Shown: positions 19,144-28,732 of the stretch, piece after piece
Position numbering within the stretch: position 1 is the stretch's first letter
Layout: every line of letters begins with the position of its first letter
Assembly (NCBI GenBank): GCA_016699555.1
Contig: CP064981.1
Coordinates: 761,603 to 825,602 of the forward strand
Length of the DNA stretch: 64,000 nucleotides
Direction: 5' to 3'
DNA from: Candidatus Iainarchaeum sp.
Lineage (GTDB): Archaea > Iainarchaeota > Iainarchaeia > Iainarchaeales > VGJJ01
Position numbers and translations under genes: made by a program
The notes under the pieces: model-generated
Databases searched by the model: none
The model's input: the letters and a program-made list of their open reading frames with translations, nothing else
Told to the model about the DNA's origin: nothing

Positions 19144-20115
19144 TTATCTGCACACGTTCACGCACACACCGACCGTTCCGAACCACCAAGTGGGAGGAGT
19201 ATAAAGCGGGGGAGTGGGACCTGCATCGGTGGACGCGAAAGCAAGCGCATTCGCGAGCTGCGGATCGACGGATGCGAGCTTCTGCTTGCCGTCTATATCC
19301 CCAGCCGTGCTCGGGTCGCCTTCTCCGCCTGTTTCCGTTAAAGGATCAGTCCCAGTGCCAGAAGGCTCGGTAACGCCACCAGAGTAGCCGACATCGGGAC
19401 CACCCACGACGCCTCCATCCATGACGCCTACTGCGCTTACTTTACACTCACAAGTTGGACTATCAGGCGCTCCCGTGTTCTGGCATGACTCGCCAGGATT
19501 GGGACAGCTCCCTCCACACCATGTGACGGTTGGGCCCACGACCCCTGCTGGAGGGCTGGCAGTGTTCTTTTTACAGGTGGCTCCCATCCCCGTATACACT
19601 ACCCCACCCCCACCAACGTACGGGGACTGTTGCCCGTTCGGGGCGTTAATCAGATGAAACGGCGGCGGAAGCAATGGAGGGCTGGGGGGATAGACAATGG
19701 TAAAGGACTGAACCGGCACGACCGTGTGCGGAATATCAATTCCAGTGGGATAGCACATGCTCGCAGCCAAATTAGGATGGGATGCCGGGCACGAAGGAGG
19801 AGAACAAACCCCGATAGCGTTGTTGGTGCTCAACCCGCCCGAACTCGGCAGCACGAGAGGACCTACCGCCCAAGGACAGCTCAAGCGGATCAACTTATTG
19901 TTGGCCGGAGCGCCCTGGGCCAGGACGACTTTTGGAGCTAAATAATTCACTTTGACCAACCCGGGGATTTGGGATTGCACATTGATGACTTCCGTGGGCT
20001 GCAAGAACTGTATTGCAAAGACGCCAGCGACCACGAGCAATGCGACGATGACGAACGAAATCAATGGATGGAGTCGTGTCATGGTCACACCTTTAGGCAT
20101 TCTTGGTGCAGACAT
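19144..20115 (-). CDS. signal-anchored secreted Pro/Gly/Cys-rich cell-surface protein
   Basis: N-terminal hydrophobic helix with VFA-IQ cleavage-like site, Pro/Gly/Thr/Cys-rich mature region; start may be at internal Met (20082). Confidence 0.5.
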   Translation of the reverse strand: MSAPRMPKGVTMTRLHPLISFVIVALLVVAGVFAIQFLQPTEVINVQSQIPGLVKVNYLAPKVVLAQGAPANNKLIRLSCPWAVGPLVLPSSGGLSTNNAIGVCSPPSCPASHPNLAASMCYPTGIDIPHTVVPVQSFTIVYPPSPPLLPPPFHLINAPNGQQSPYVGGGGVVYTGMGATCKKNTASPPAGVVGPTVTWCGGSCPNPGESCQNTGAPDSPTCECKVSAVGVMDGGVVGGPDVGYSGGVTEPSGTGTDPLTETGGEGDPSTAGDIDGKQKLASVDPQLANALAFASTDAGPTPPLYTPPTWWFGTVGVCVNVCR

Positions 20116-20875
20116 TCACGATGCTCCCGACGTATGCAGAAAAGAATGTGATATTGTAATTGATAATCGAGCCATTGCCCGCGTAGACGGGAGACAGGAC
20201 ATAGGACATCCCCAATCCGCCCGGTTCGAAATAGACGCCCTTAGAGGTATAAGCGGTCCCGCCAATGGTGGGGCAAGCAATATCGGACGCGCCATTAGGG
20301 CAATTAGCAGCGGAGTAATTATTCATCAGATCCTGCAAGGAAAAAGGTTGCCCGGGCGCAGCGGTCGCAATCGGCCCCCCGGCCACAGGACAGCGCATGT
20401 AAATGGTATCATTCCCGCCTGCAGCCGCCAACACCTGCGCCAACGTCCAGGTTTCGAGATGATTCGCATTCAACGCCACGTTCGCCGTGTTCGCGGTAAC
20501 TGCACTTTCCGCAACGACACCCGAACCCGTTCCCCATGCAGCGGCTTGCACGAACTTCTGCATCGTGGCTAAAGGTTCCGGAACCGGAACGCCTGCAACG
20601 GTTGGCGTGATTGGCGCGGGCCGACCGGAGGGATAACCGCTAAAGGCTTGGGTGAAATCGATATCGCCCACGCGATGACTGACAGTGCCACTTCCGGGAG
20701 TCGATCCGGCTTGCGCGCTGACCCCGACGATGAGGCCCAAAACGACCAATCCCGCGATCGCCACCACCAGCAAGTGCGTGGGGATTGAAACAGAAGGCAT
20801 TGCAGGCGTCTGCGTGGAAGTCGCATCTTGTTTCGAATGATTTTTTGCAGCAAAGCGTCCGGACATGTGACACAC
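20093..20875 (-). CDS. signal-anchored secreted Gly/Ala/Thr-rich protein
   Basis: N-terminal TM helix LLVVAIAGLVVLGLIVGVSA-QAG (AXA site). Confidence 0.5.
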   Translation of the reverse strand: MCHMSGRFAAKNHSKQDATSTQTPAMPSVSIPTHLLVVAIAGLVVLGLIVGVSAQAGSTPGSGTVSHRVGDIDFTQAFSGYPSGRPAPITPTVAGVPVPEPLATMQKFVQAAAWGTGSGVVAESAVTANTANVALNANHLETWTLAQVLAAAGGNDTIYMRCPVAGGPIATAAPGQPFSLQDLMNNYSAANCPNGASDIACPTIGGTAYTSKGVYFEPGGLGMSYVLSPVYAGNGSIINYNITFFSAYVGSIVNVCTKNA

Positions 20876-20940
20876 CTATGCATGAGGGATTATTTCCGCC
20901 TATAAATACCTTGCTTCACGCACAGGCAAAACAAACCCCC

Positions 20941-22026
20941 TCAGCCGAAAAACTCGTTCAAACGCTTCTGTTTGGGAGGAGAAGCGAAGCCACCCACCCT
21001 CAACCCCACACGACGTAAGGGAAGCGGGGCATTGGATAGGAGGGATTGGAACAGCTGTTCGACCTCCGAGAACAATTGCTCGGAAGAAACGCACGCGACA
21101 TTGAGCGTCGTGGAGCGTGTCATCTGCTTGAGGGCGATGTCCACTCCCACCACGGAGATCTGGGTGAAGAACTTCCCTTGCGCAGCGGTCTCATCCCACA
21201 ACTCCAATGCTTTCTCGCGCACCAACGCGCGCAATTCATTCCAATCCTGCGTGTCGCGCTGCAACGTCCAGATGCTGGAGCGCTGCTGCTTCTCATAATT
21301 CGTCTCCAGCGGCGACTCATCGATCCCACGCGACGCATGGAAAAAATATTGCCCGCGCGCCGCACCGAAAAGCGCAACCAATTCCCCCGCGCCGCACGCG
21401 CGCAATTGCGCAATGGTGTGGATGTTCTTCTCCACGAGTTGTTGCTCGGTCTTCGGGCCAATCCCCAACAGCGATTTCACCGGCAATGGATCCAAGAACG
21501 ATTGCACGCTTTCGGGTTTGACGATCGTGAACCCATTGGGCTTCTGGAAATCGGAAGCGATCTTGGCCAACAACTTATTGGGCGCAATGCCCACCGAACA
21601 GCCCAGGTTGAATTCCTTCTGGATCTTTTGCTGGAACTCGCGCATCAGCCTTTCGGCATGCGCATAGTCGCCTTGCGTTTTTTGTGTTAAATCGGCATAT
21701 GCCTCATCGATGCTCGCCATTTCCACGGCATCGCCATACGCGAATAGCCGTGTGAAAATCTGATCCGATATCTGCCCATACAATGTATGATTCACCGGCA
21801 CAAAATGGCCCTTCGCACAAAGCTGTTTGGCTTGCACGATGGGCATTCCGGCACGAACCCCTAACTTACGCGCATCATACGAGGCTGAGCTCACCACCCC
21901 CGAGTCCAATGTCCTTCCGGAGAAGACGCAGACCACAATGGGTTCGTTCTTCCACTCGGGATGCGCATTCTGCTCGATCGCAGCGAAGAAGGCATTCATG
22001 TCCACGTGCGCGACGATCCGAGGCAT
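20941..22026 (-). CDS. dinB: DNA polymerase IV (Y-family, DinB/Dbh)
   Basis: MPRIVAHVDMNAFFAAIEQ..., SIDEAYADLT, HhH and little-finger regions. Confidence 0.9.
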   Translation of the reverse strand: MPRIVAHVDMNAFFAAIEQNAHPEWKNEPIVVCVFSGRTLDSGVVSSASYDARKLGVRAGMPIVQAKQLCAKGHFVPVNHTLYGQISDQIFTRLFAYGDAVEMASIDEAYADLTQKTQGDYAHAERLMREFQQKIQKEFNLGCSVGIAPNKLLAKIASDFQKPNGFTIVKPESVQSFLDPLPVKSLLGIGPKTEQQLVEKNIHTIAQLRACGAGELVALFGAARGQYFFHASRGIDESPLETNYEKQQRSSIWTLQRDTQDWNELRALVREKALELWDETAAQGKFFTQISVVGVDIALKQMTRSTTLNVACVSSEQLFSEVEQLFQSLLSNAPLPLRRVGLRVGGFASPPKQKRLNEFFG

Positions 22027-22109
22027 GGCATCTTCCTCCTGGGGAAATACTATTGCTTGGACCATGGGTAATTAAAAGTCCTTTTCCGTAGGGAGTTCAT
22101 ATCACGCTC

Positions 22110-22460
22110 ATGCAGCGATCAATAGGTGAAACCATGGTGCAAGAACTCAACTCCAACAACTTCCAAAGCAACGTGCTCGAGAGCAAGACACCCGTCATCG
22201 TCGATTTCTGGGCAGCATGGTGCGGCCCCTGTAAGTTGCTCTCCCCCATTTTCGAGGAACTCGAAAAAGAATTCAAAGGAAAACTCCATTTCGCCAAGAT
22301 CAACGTGGATGAAAATCCCGCGATCGCGCAGAGCTATGATATCATGAGCATCCCTTGCTTAGTACTGTTCCACAAAGGGAAGGAAGCCGAACGCTTCGTG
22401 GGATTGATGCAGAAAGCCGAGTTGAAGAAGCTCATCAGCGATGCGTTACAGAGGATCTGA
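22110..22460 (+). CDS. trxA: thioredoxin
   Basis: WAAWCGPCK active site, 116 aa. Confidence 0.9.
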   Translation: MQRSIGETMVQELNSNNFQSNVLESKTPVIVDFWAAWCGPCKLLSPIFEELEKEFKGKLHFAKINVDENPAIAQSYDIMSIPCLVLFHKGKEAERFVGLMQKAELKKLISDALQRI

Positions 22461-22485
22461 CGCACCCTGTCCTTTTTCTAGCCCA

Positions 22486-23139
22486 TCATTTCACGACAAA
22501 ATAGATTCCACGCGCATAGCGGTGCAATTCTGCAGTGAACTGCTTGGGAATCATCTTTTTCCGCGAGACGGCCCAAATCCTGAAATGATGCGCATGCACT
22601 TCGAAGGCATGCCATCCGCGCGAAGAAAAACGCAACTCCACGTGGGATGCATCCACGTGCACGCGCTTGAGCGGGGGCTGCAGCAACAGGGCATCCGCCA
22701 GCGAGATGGCCTTCGCATTCGCCTTGACGGGAAAGAGCATGGATTCGTCGAGCGGGATATGGTGGGACGCGATCCATTTCATCCATCCCGAGGAACGCTG
22801 TTTCTTCCCCGCAGGCGGGAGCAAGAACGTCAAGCGCTTCGCGAGCGAATGGAAGAAACGCGCTTTCGCGGTAGTCAAAGAATGCTTGGCCCGATGCGGT
22901 GCCGAACGGACGCGATGCGAAAGCGAAGAAGGGAAATGCGAAATGCGCACGACCATCGTACGCCACACCCGCTCGAAAGAAGGGATTTTTCTCTCTTGAT
23001 TGTAGATCGCGAGCAATGTAGCGGCGAACGCCAACAACGCCAGAAGCGCGATCAGACCCACAATACCCCATGCATCGAGCGCGGCGAATGAGATGATTTG
23101 GAGCAATGCAACCATATGCACACGCAAAAAATCCAACAA
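22486..23139 (-). CDS. membrane-anchored hypothetical protein
   Basis: N-terminal TM helix then ~180 aa domain; chosen over two other long Arg/Ala-rich frames in the same interval. Confidence 0.35.
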   Translation of the reverse strand: MLDFLRVHMVALLQIISFAALDAWGIVGLIALLALLAFAATLLAIYNQERKIPSFERVWRTMVVRISHFPSSLSHRVRSAPHRAKHSLTTAKARFFHSLAKRLTFLLPPAGKKQRSSGWMKWIASHHIPLDESMLFPVKANAKAISLADALLLQPPLKRVHVDASHVELRFSSRGWHAFEVHAHHFRIWAVSRKKMIPKQFTAELHRYARGIYFVVK

Positions 23140-23156
23140 TATAAATGGCCGCTATC

Positions 23157-23894
23157 CTAGATCCCGGGAGCCGCACCCAACCAGGAGCCGATCAAGTAGC
23201 CCGCAAGCGCTGCGCCGATCCCGATGAGGGCCAGCTCGATACCCGAGCGCCACCACACCACCTTGGTGAAGCGCCCCTTGATGGCGCCGGCGACGAACAA
23301 GACCACGAGCGAGAAGGGAACCGTGAACTCGACAGCCACCTGCACAGGAAACAAGAAGAAAGGGATGAGCGGAAAAACGGCTCCCACCAATGCAGCGATA
23401 CCCACCACGATTCCCGAACGCAAGGGGGATTCGCCGTCCTTGAAGAGCTTCAGCTCCTCTTCCATCATCACACCCAACCAACGTTCGCGGTTAGAAGTGA
23501 GTTTTTGCACGACCATCTCCAATTCCTTGCCGCGGAAGCCCTTCGCATAATAGATGCGCCGCACTTCCTCGCGTTCTTCCTCGGGCAAGCGCTCGATCTC
23601 ATCCATTTCTCTTCGCTTCTCGCGGTCGTAGAATTCCAATGCGGCTTTGCTGGAAGTGTATGCAACCGCGCCCATGGAAATCCCTTCCGCAAACATTGCG
23701 GCAAGGCCTGAGATGATGATGAGGCGCGCGTCTTGTGTTGCGGTAGCGACCCCGAGCACGAGGCCTAATACGTTCACGAGCCCGTCTTGCCCGCCCAAAA
23801 TGAGATCGCGCAGCCACTCTCCACCTTGCTCATCATGGGGGTCGTGTCCCTTCGCATGGGGGGAGTGCCAATTACGCGCGGGTTTTCGTGCCAT
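23157..23894 (-). CDS. VIT1/CCC1 family Fe/Mn transporter
   Basis: LRDLILGGQDGLVNVLGLVLGVA signature, acidic cytoplasmic loop, C-terminal TM bundle. Confidence 0.8.
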   Translation of the reverse strand: MARKPARNWHSPHAKGHDPHDEQGGEWLRDLILGGQDGLVNVLGLVLGVATATQDARLIIISGLAAMFAEGISMGAVAYTSSKAALEFYDREKRREMDEIERLPEEEREEVRRIYYAKGFRGKELEMVVQKLTSNRERWLGVMMEEELKLFKDGESPLRSGIVVGIAALVGAVFPLIPFFLFPVQVAVEFTVPFSLVVLFVAGAIKGRFTKVVWWRSGIELALIGIGAALAGYLIGSWLGAAPGI

Positions 23895-23938
23895 ACCACC
23901 ACCAAAAAGCAGGAGTATATAATTGCACCCAACACCGA

Positions 23939-24745
23939 TTAAGCAGGTGTTTGTGGCGCGGGTTCTTTCGCGACAATCGTGCTAACAAAAATCTCTCCGA
24001 ATAAAGAATCCTGCCACGCCGCGAGCTTCCCCCCATTCACCAAAAAAAGCAAACCCAAAAAGAGCTCGATGACGTGGCCTGTTTTTTTCCCCTCGGCCAT
24101 GTGCGAAAACAACGCCAATCCCGTGGAATCAGCATGCTTCTTCGCGGAGACCATGACTTCATCCATGACCGCATTCACGTTCATTCCCTGAAATGGAATT
24201 TGGAACTGTGGGCGATTTCTTCCAGACAATTCGCGCTGGACTTTCGTCTTCGTCTTCTCGAGGATGGACTCGATGCTCTCCACGAGCTGATCCAGGGTCA
24301 CCTTTCCTTCGCGCACCAAGCGAGGATTCACCAATTCAGGCATCATCCCGCCGAGAAGTTGTTCTTCGGTCAAGAGCGACTTGAAATCCACATCCGCTTC
24401 CTCCTCGATCGAACTCAAACGCAGCGCACGGGCTTTGAATTTCAACAAGATGGCGGAAGCGAGAATGGCATTCGCGGGCAAACGCAAATCCGAATGCTGC
24501 ATGCTTTGGATTTTCTCCAAGTATTTTTGGGCCAACACCTTCACATCAATATTCCACGGATCCATGCGCTCGCTCTTCACGAGTGAGATGAGGATGGTTT
24601 TCCAATCGGGTTGGTCGATCAGCGAAACAAAATCCTCGGGCTTCTGCAGCACCACGGAGGTCTCGACCAGCTGCGCTCCATCGAAATCGGCATCCAGTTC
24701 ATCCACGACTTCCTCGCGCGAAAGTGATTTCGATTTCTTGGGCAT
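23939..24745 (-). CDS. scpA: segregation and condensation protein A-like (ScpA kleisin)
   Basis: MDPWNIDVKVLAQKYLEKI...AILASAILLKFKARAL resembles ScpA N-terminal domain; C-terminal winged-helix-like region. Confidence 0.55.
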   Translation of the reverse strand: MPKKSKSLSREEVVDELDADFDGAQLVETSVVLQKPEDFVSLIDQPDWKTILISLVKSERMDPWNIDVKVLAQKYLEKIQSMQHSDLRLPANAILASAILLKFKARALRLSSIEEEADVDFKSLLTEEQLLGGMMPELVNPRLVREGKVTLDQLVESIESILEKTKTKVQRELSGRNRPQFQIPFQGMNVNAVMDEVMVSAKKHADSTGLALFSHMAEGKKTGHVIELFLGLLFLVNGGKLAAWQDSLFGEIFVSTIVAKEPAPQTPA

Positions 24746-24835
24746 AAATGCAAGTAGCCATCTCGGCCATTTTAAGGGTTGCTTGCGCAAGGTATAAGAA
24801 GCCCAAAAAAGTGCTTCCGGAGAGAGGCAAAATCC

Positions 24836-25552
24836 ATGCAACGCATCCCATCTGGCATCATCGGTTTGGACGAACTCATCGAAGGCGGTTTCCCGGAAGG
24901 GAGTTCCATCCTATTGAGCGGCGGACCCGGTGCAGGAAAGACGATCGGGGCGATGCAATTCATCTACGAGGGCGCGCGCACGTATGGCGAGCCGGGATTG
25001 TATGTTACTTTAGAAAGCAACCTCAAAGACATCACGTGGAACATGCAACGCTTCAATTGGGACATCAAATCCATGCAGGAAAAGAACCTCATGAAGATCT
25101 ATCGCTTGAATCTGGGGAACGTGAAGAACGCCGAAGCCATGGAAGAACAAATCCAACGCGAACTGGAGATCATCGCACGCATGGTGGACAGCATCGGCGC
25201 CAAACGCCTGGCCATCGACTCCACCACATCCTTCGGCGTCTGGATCTCCGACCCCGGGACGCTGCGCCACATCCTATTCGAGTTCGTGAACAAGCTCAAG
25301 GACATCGGATGTACCACTATCCTCACCAGCGAAATCGCCAACGAAGACAAGAATAAGTTTTCCGCGTTCGGAGTGGAAGAGTTCGTCGTCGATGGGGTGA
25401 TCGCACTCTATTTCGTCCCGCCGAACCGCAGCATCTTCATCCGCAAAATGCGCGGGACCAACCATAACAAGGCCATCCATGCCTATGACATCACCGACAA
25501 AGGGATCGAAGTCCGCCCACGCGATGAAATGCTGTGGAGCTCATTGCGCTGA
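24836..25552 (+). CDS. KaiC-like RecA-superfamily ATPase (single domain)
   Basis: IPSGIIGLDELIEGGFPEGSSILLSGGPGAGKT (Walker A), Walker B hhhD, KaiC/RadA-like fold. Confidence 0.8.
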   Translation: MQRIPSGIIGLDELIEGGFPEGSSILLSGGPGAGKTIGAMQFIYEGARTYGEPGLYVTLESNLKDITWNMQRFNWDIKSMQEKNLMKIYRLNLGNVKNAEAMEEQIQRELEIIARMVDSIGAKRLAIDSTTSFGVWISDPGTLRHILFEFVNKLKDIGCTTILTSEIANEDKNKFSAFGVEEFVVDGVIALYFVPPNRSIFIRKMRGTNHNKAIHAYDITDKGIEVRPRDEMLWSSLR

Positions 25553-25565
25553 TGCCAGCGTACGC

Positions 25566-26210
25566 TCAGCGGATAATCGCATCCACGAGCGGCTTGACGG
25601 CCTTGATGACGTCCTCATGCACCTGCTCCGGCGTCTGATTGGCATTGATGAAAACGATCTTTTCTTTGGGCAATAACTGCGGAAGACGCGCATAATTTTC
25701 CTTGACCTTCTCGAGGAATTCACGATGCTCAAAAATCTGCTCATCGGCCTTGCGCGATTGCAAGCGACTCATGACCGTGTCCACGCTGGCGTTGAAGACA
25801 ATGGTGATATCGGGAATCGGGAACCCATTATTCTCTTCGACGAGACGCGTAGTCGCAACCCCTTGCGCTCCTTGGTAGCAGATGGTAGAATGCTTGTAGC
25901 GATCCGATACCACAATGGCATTCTTGGCGAGATTGGGCACGATCATGTTGTCCACGTGGTATTCGCGATCCAACACATACAATTCCATCAGGCGCTCCCT
26001 ATTCTCATCGGGATTGTGCATCTCTTTCAGGCGGCGACGGATTTCTTGTGCGAAGCGGGAGTTGGTGTATTCGCGCGTGAGTACGACCGAATCGATGCTC
26101 TTCGAATAATCGAAAAGCCATTGGGCGAGCTTGATGGATTGGGTCGATTTCCCGGTCCCTTCCATTCCCTCGCACACGATGAAAAGCCCTTTCGAAACCA
26201 TGCCGACCAA
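25566..26210 (-). CDS. tmk: thymidylate kinase
   Basis: P-loop CEGMEGTGKST, DRY-like and LID regions. Confidence 0.85.
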   Translation of the reverse strand: MVGMVSKGLFIVCEGMEGTGKSTQSIKLAQWLFDYSKSIDSVVLTREYTNSRFAQEIRRRLKEMHNPDENRERLMELYVLDREYHVDNMIVPNLAKNAIVVSDRYKHSTICYQGAQGVATTRLVEENNGFPIPDITIVFNASVDTVMSRLQSRKADEQIFEHREFLEKVKENYARLPQLLPKEKIVFINANQTPEQVHEDVIKAVKPLVDAIIR

Positions 26211-26226
26211 CTCCCAAAAAATACGC

Positions 26227-26871
26227 TCATTCCAATATGCTTAATGCGGTCTTTGCTTGTTTTAAGGCTGACTGCGGCGAGCGATTGGCGTTGATGTAGA
26301 AGACAGGATAACGTTGCGCGGCCCACTCTACCAGGGGAAGGGTTTCCCTCTGGTAAACGCGAAAACGATCGTGTAATACCCCTTTGGTATCGTCTTTCCG
26401 CCGGATGAGTTTTCCACCGCACGCGTTGCAAATCCCTTTCTTTTTGGGCTTGATCTGCAACCCATAGATGCGATGGCACTTCTCGCATTGCACGCGTGCA
26501 CGAATGCGCTCCCAACTCACTTTTTCCGTCGCATCGAAGAAAAGGAATGCCGTGAAAGAGGACTTGAATTTCTTCAATACTTTTTCCATCGCACGCGCCT
26601 GAGAAACATTTCGGGGCGTTCCATCGAGGAGTACTTTTTTGTTGTGATGGGCTCGGAAGAAATCATCTTCCAGATGCGCAACCATCGCATTCGGGACGAG
26701 TTTCCCTCGCTTCAGGAATGCGGCCAATTTCTTCGCACGCGGGCTTTTTCCCGCAGCCATATCACGCAGGGCTTGTCCGGCCGAAAAGACGATCCAACCA
26801 TGGTGGTCCACCAGCGTCTGGGCAAACGTTCCTTTTCCGGAAGCAGGAGGACCCAGCAGGACGATGATCAT
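26227..26871 (-). CDS. adk: adenylate kinase with Zn-binding LID (bacterial/long type)
   Basis: GPPASGKGT P-loop, LID CEKC...CNAC. Confidence 0.9.
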   Translation of the reverse strand: MIIVLLGPPASGKGTFAQTLVDHHGWIVFSAGQALRDMAAGKSPRAKKLAAFLKRGKLVPNAMVAHLEDDFFRAHHNKKVLLDGTPRNVSQARAMEKVLKKFKSSFTAFLFFDATEKVSWERIRARVQCEKCHRIYGLQIKPKKKGICNACGGKLIRRKDDTKGVLHDRFRVYQRETLPLVEWAAQRYPVFYINANRSPQSALKQAKTALSILE

Positions 26872-26904
26872 GCTCTGACGAAATGATTTGAGTTAAAAAA
26901 GACC

Positions 26905-27768
26905 TTATTTGGTTTGCGTGCGCTTCCCGCCCTTTACGCGCAAGACCGCGCACATCTGGACTTTGCGCGGGGAGAATTGGAGGACTTTCCGGATGTCTTC
27001 GACGCGAGCGCTCCCTTTCACTTCCTGCAATCCTTTCTCGAGCTTTTTCCACATCTCGTGCAGGGGTTTCTTGTTGGAAACGAAAGCATAGCAGTGGATC
27101 GTGCCCCCCGCGGGAGAAAGGCAATTTACCGCGGCCGCAAGGTATTTCGTCGCACTCTCAGGGGCGGGCATGATGACGTGATCGCACTGTCCAAGAATGT
27201 GCCCAACTTTCTTCACGTCCGCATGCATCGGGATCACGATGTCTTGGACCTTGTTCTTGCGCACATTCATCTCCAGCCAGGGAATCGCATCCGGGTTCCA
27301 TTCGATGGCGAATACGCGCGCGGGCTTGGCGTGCTTGGCGAGCGTGATGGCGTAAGGACCCACACCCGCAAAGAAAACGGCGACAGTCTCTCCTTTTTTC
27401 ACATACGAAGCGATGCGCTGGCGTTCAGTACTCAAACGCGGAGAGAAGAACACTTTCCCGGGCATCAACTCGAATTCGCAATTCCACTCTTTGTAAGCGG
27501 TAGAGGAGATTTTTTTTCCTGCGAGAAAACGCACCTTCTCCAAGCGAAATTTCCCCTCATGCCCGCCGACTTTCTCATAGACGGATTCGACGTTCTTGAC
27601 GGCGTGCAATAATGCCGAGGCGATTTTCTTTTTCTTCTTCTGCAGCTTCCGCGGGATCTCGATGAGGGCCAATTTGCCCAGGACATCGTACGCGAAAATA
27701 GCCTCTTTCAGCTCGGCCGGGGAAAGGATTTGAGTTAATAGCTCGCGAAAGGAAGGGGCGTGCGTCAT
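26905..27768 (-). CDS. trm5: tRNA (guanine37-N1)-methyltransferase Trm5/Taw2 family
   Basis: FSPRLSTERQRI...VAVFFAGVGPYAITLAKH and IEWNPDAI match archaeal Trm5 motifs; start at MTHAPSF. Confidence 0.8.
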   Translation of the reverse strand: MTHAPSFRELLTQILSPAELKEAIFAYDVLGKLALIEIPRKLQKKKKKIASALLHAVKNVESVYEKVGGHEGKFRLEKVRFLAGKKISSTAYKEWNCEFELMPGKVFFSPRLSTERQRIASYVKKGETVAVFFAGVGPYAITLAKHAKPARVFAIEWNPDAIPWLEMNVRKNKVQDIVIPMHADVKKVGHILGQCDHVIMPAPESATKYLAAAVNCLSPAGGTIHCYAFVSNKKPLHEMWKKLEKGLQEVKGSARVEDIRKVLQFSPRKVQMCAVLRVKGGKRTQTK

Positions 27769-27811
27769 ACTACAGAGATTCGGGATTTTCCTTATAAGGC
27801 TCTGCCTGGGC

Positions 27812-28684
27812 ATGATAGGTATGGCATTGGACTTGAATGCATTCGTCTATGACAATTTCATCCGCCCGATGATCGATCCCAGCGTGCAGGGATACAATCC
27901 CGTCAACACAATCGTGTATGGGATCATCCTCCTGGGAATCGCATTCTATGTCATCTATCCCTTCCTCAACAAGCACGGGATCAAATTCGACTTCGCCTTC
28001 TTGCAGATGCTTTTACCCTACATCGTCTTCGGCAGCAGCCTGCGCGTGTTGGAGGACCAACAACTACTCATGCGCAGCGCGAACCCGCTCGAGTTCGGAT
28101 TCTATCTCTTCACTCCTGGGATTTGGTTCCTCACATTCGCATTCGTCGCCATCGGGATGCTCATCGCGTGGTTCGCGCAGAAGAAATTCAATCACCGATT
28201 CCACACCATCGCAACCCTCTTCGGCGCGCTCGTCGCTGCTCCGCTAGTGCTCTACAATCTATTGCAATTCACGGAATGGATTGCACTTCTCGCGATCGTC
28301 GCGCTCGCGGGCATCCTCTCTTATGCCGTATTCTGGATCGGCAAACGCCAGCAGTGGAGATTCTTGGAGAACCCACTCGCCAAAGCCGCATTCTTCGGAC
28401 AGCTCCTCGATGCATCCGCGACATTCATCGCATTGCAATTCTTTTCCTGCGGCGAACAGCACTTCCTGCCACGCTTACTCTTCGGAGCGTTTGGCCCGGT
28501 TTCTTTCTTCTTCGTGAAGATTCCGCTGATGCTGTTGGTGCTGCATTACATCCACAAGGAATTCATGCACGACGAAAAAGCCGATAAGAACCTGCTGGGA
28601 TTCATCCTCCTCTTCCTCGCCATTTTGGGTTTTGCCACGGGGATGAGGGATTTATTGACAGTGGCAGTGGGAACGTGCAATTAA
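27812..28684 (+). CDS. archaeal polytopic membrane protein (DUF63-like)
   Basis: ~8 TM helices; N-terminal Y..F..P...GYN.VNT.VYGIILL resembles DUF63. Confidence 0.4.
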   Translation: MIGMALDLNAFVYDNFIRPMIDPSVQGYNPVNTIVYGIILLGIAFYVIYPFLNKHGIKFDFAFLQMLLPYIVFGSSLRVLEDQQLLMRSANPLEFGFYLFTPGIWFLTFAFVAIGMLIAWFAQKKFNHRFHTIATLFGALVAAPLVLYNLLQFTEWIALLAIVALAGILSYAVFWIGKRQQWRFLENPLAKAAFFGQLLDASATFIALQFFSCGEQHFLPRLLFGAFGPVSFFFVKIPLMLLVLHYIHKEFMHDEKADKNLLGFILLFLAILGFATGMRDLLTVAVGTCN

Positions 28685-28732
28685 CCGTGCGCATGAAGCA
28701 CCTTTATTAGCCCTTTTTGGGGATAATCAGCT

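Noticed and set aside
22441-23176. Two additional >200-aa ORFs (one + strand, one - strand other frame) in the same interval as 22486-23139
   Set aside because: Both are extremely Arg/Ala/Gly-rich with no hydrophobic core pattern; kept only the frame with a TM helix and balanced composition. All three remain low confidence.
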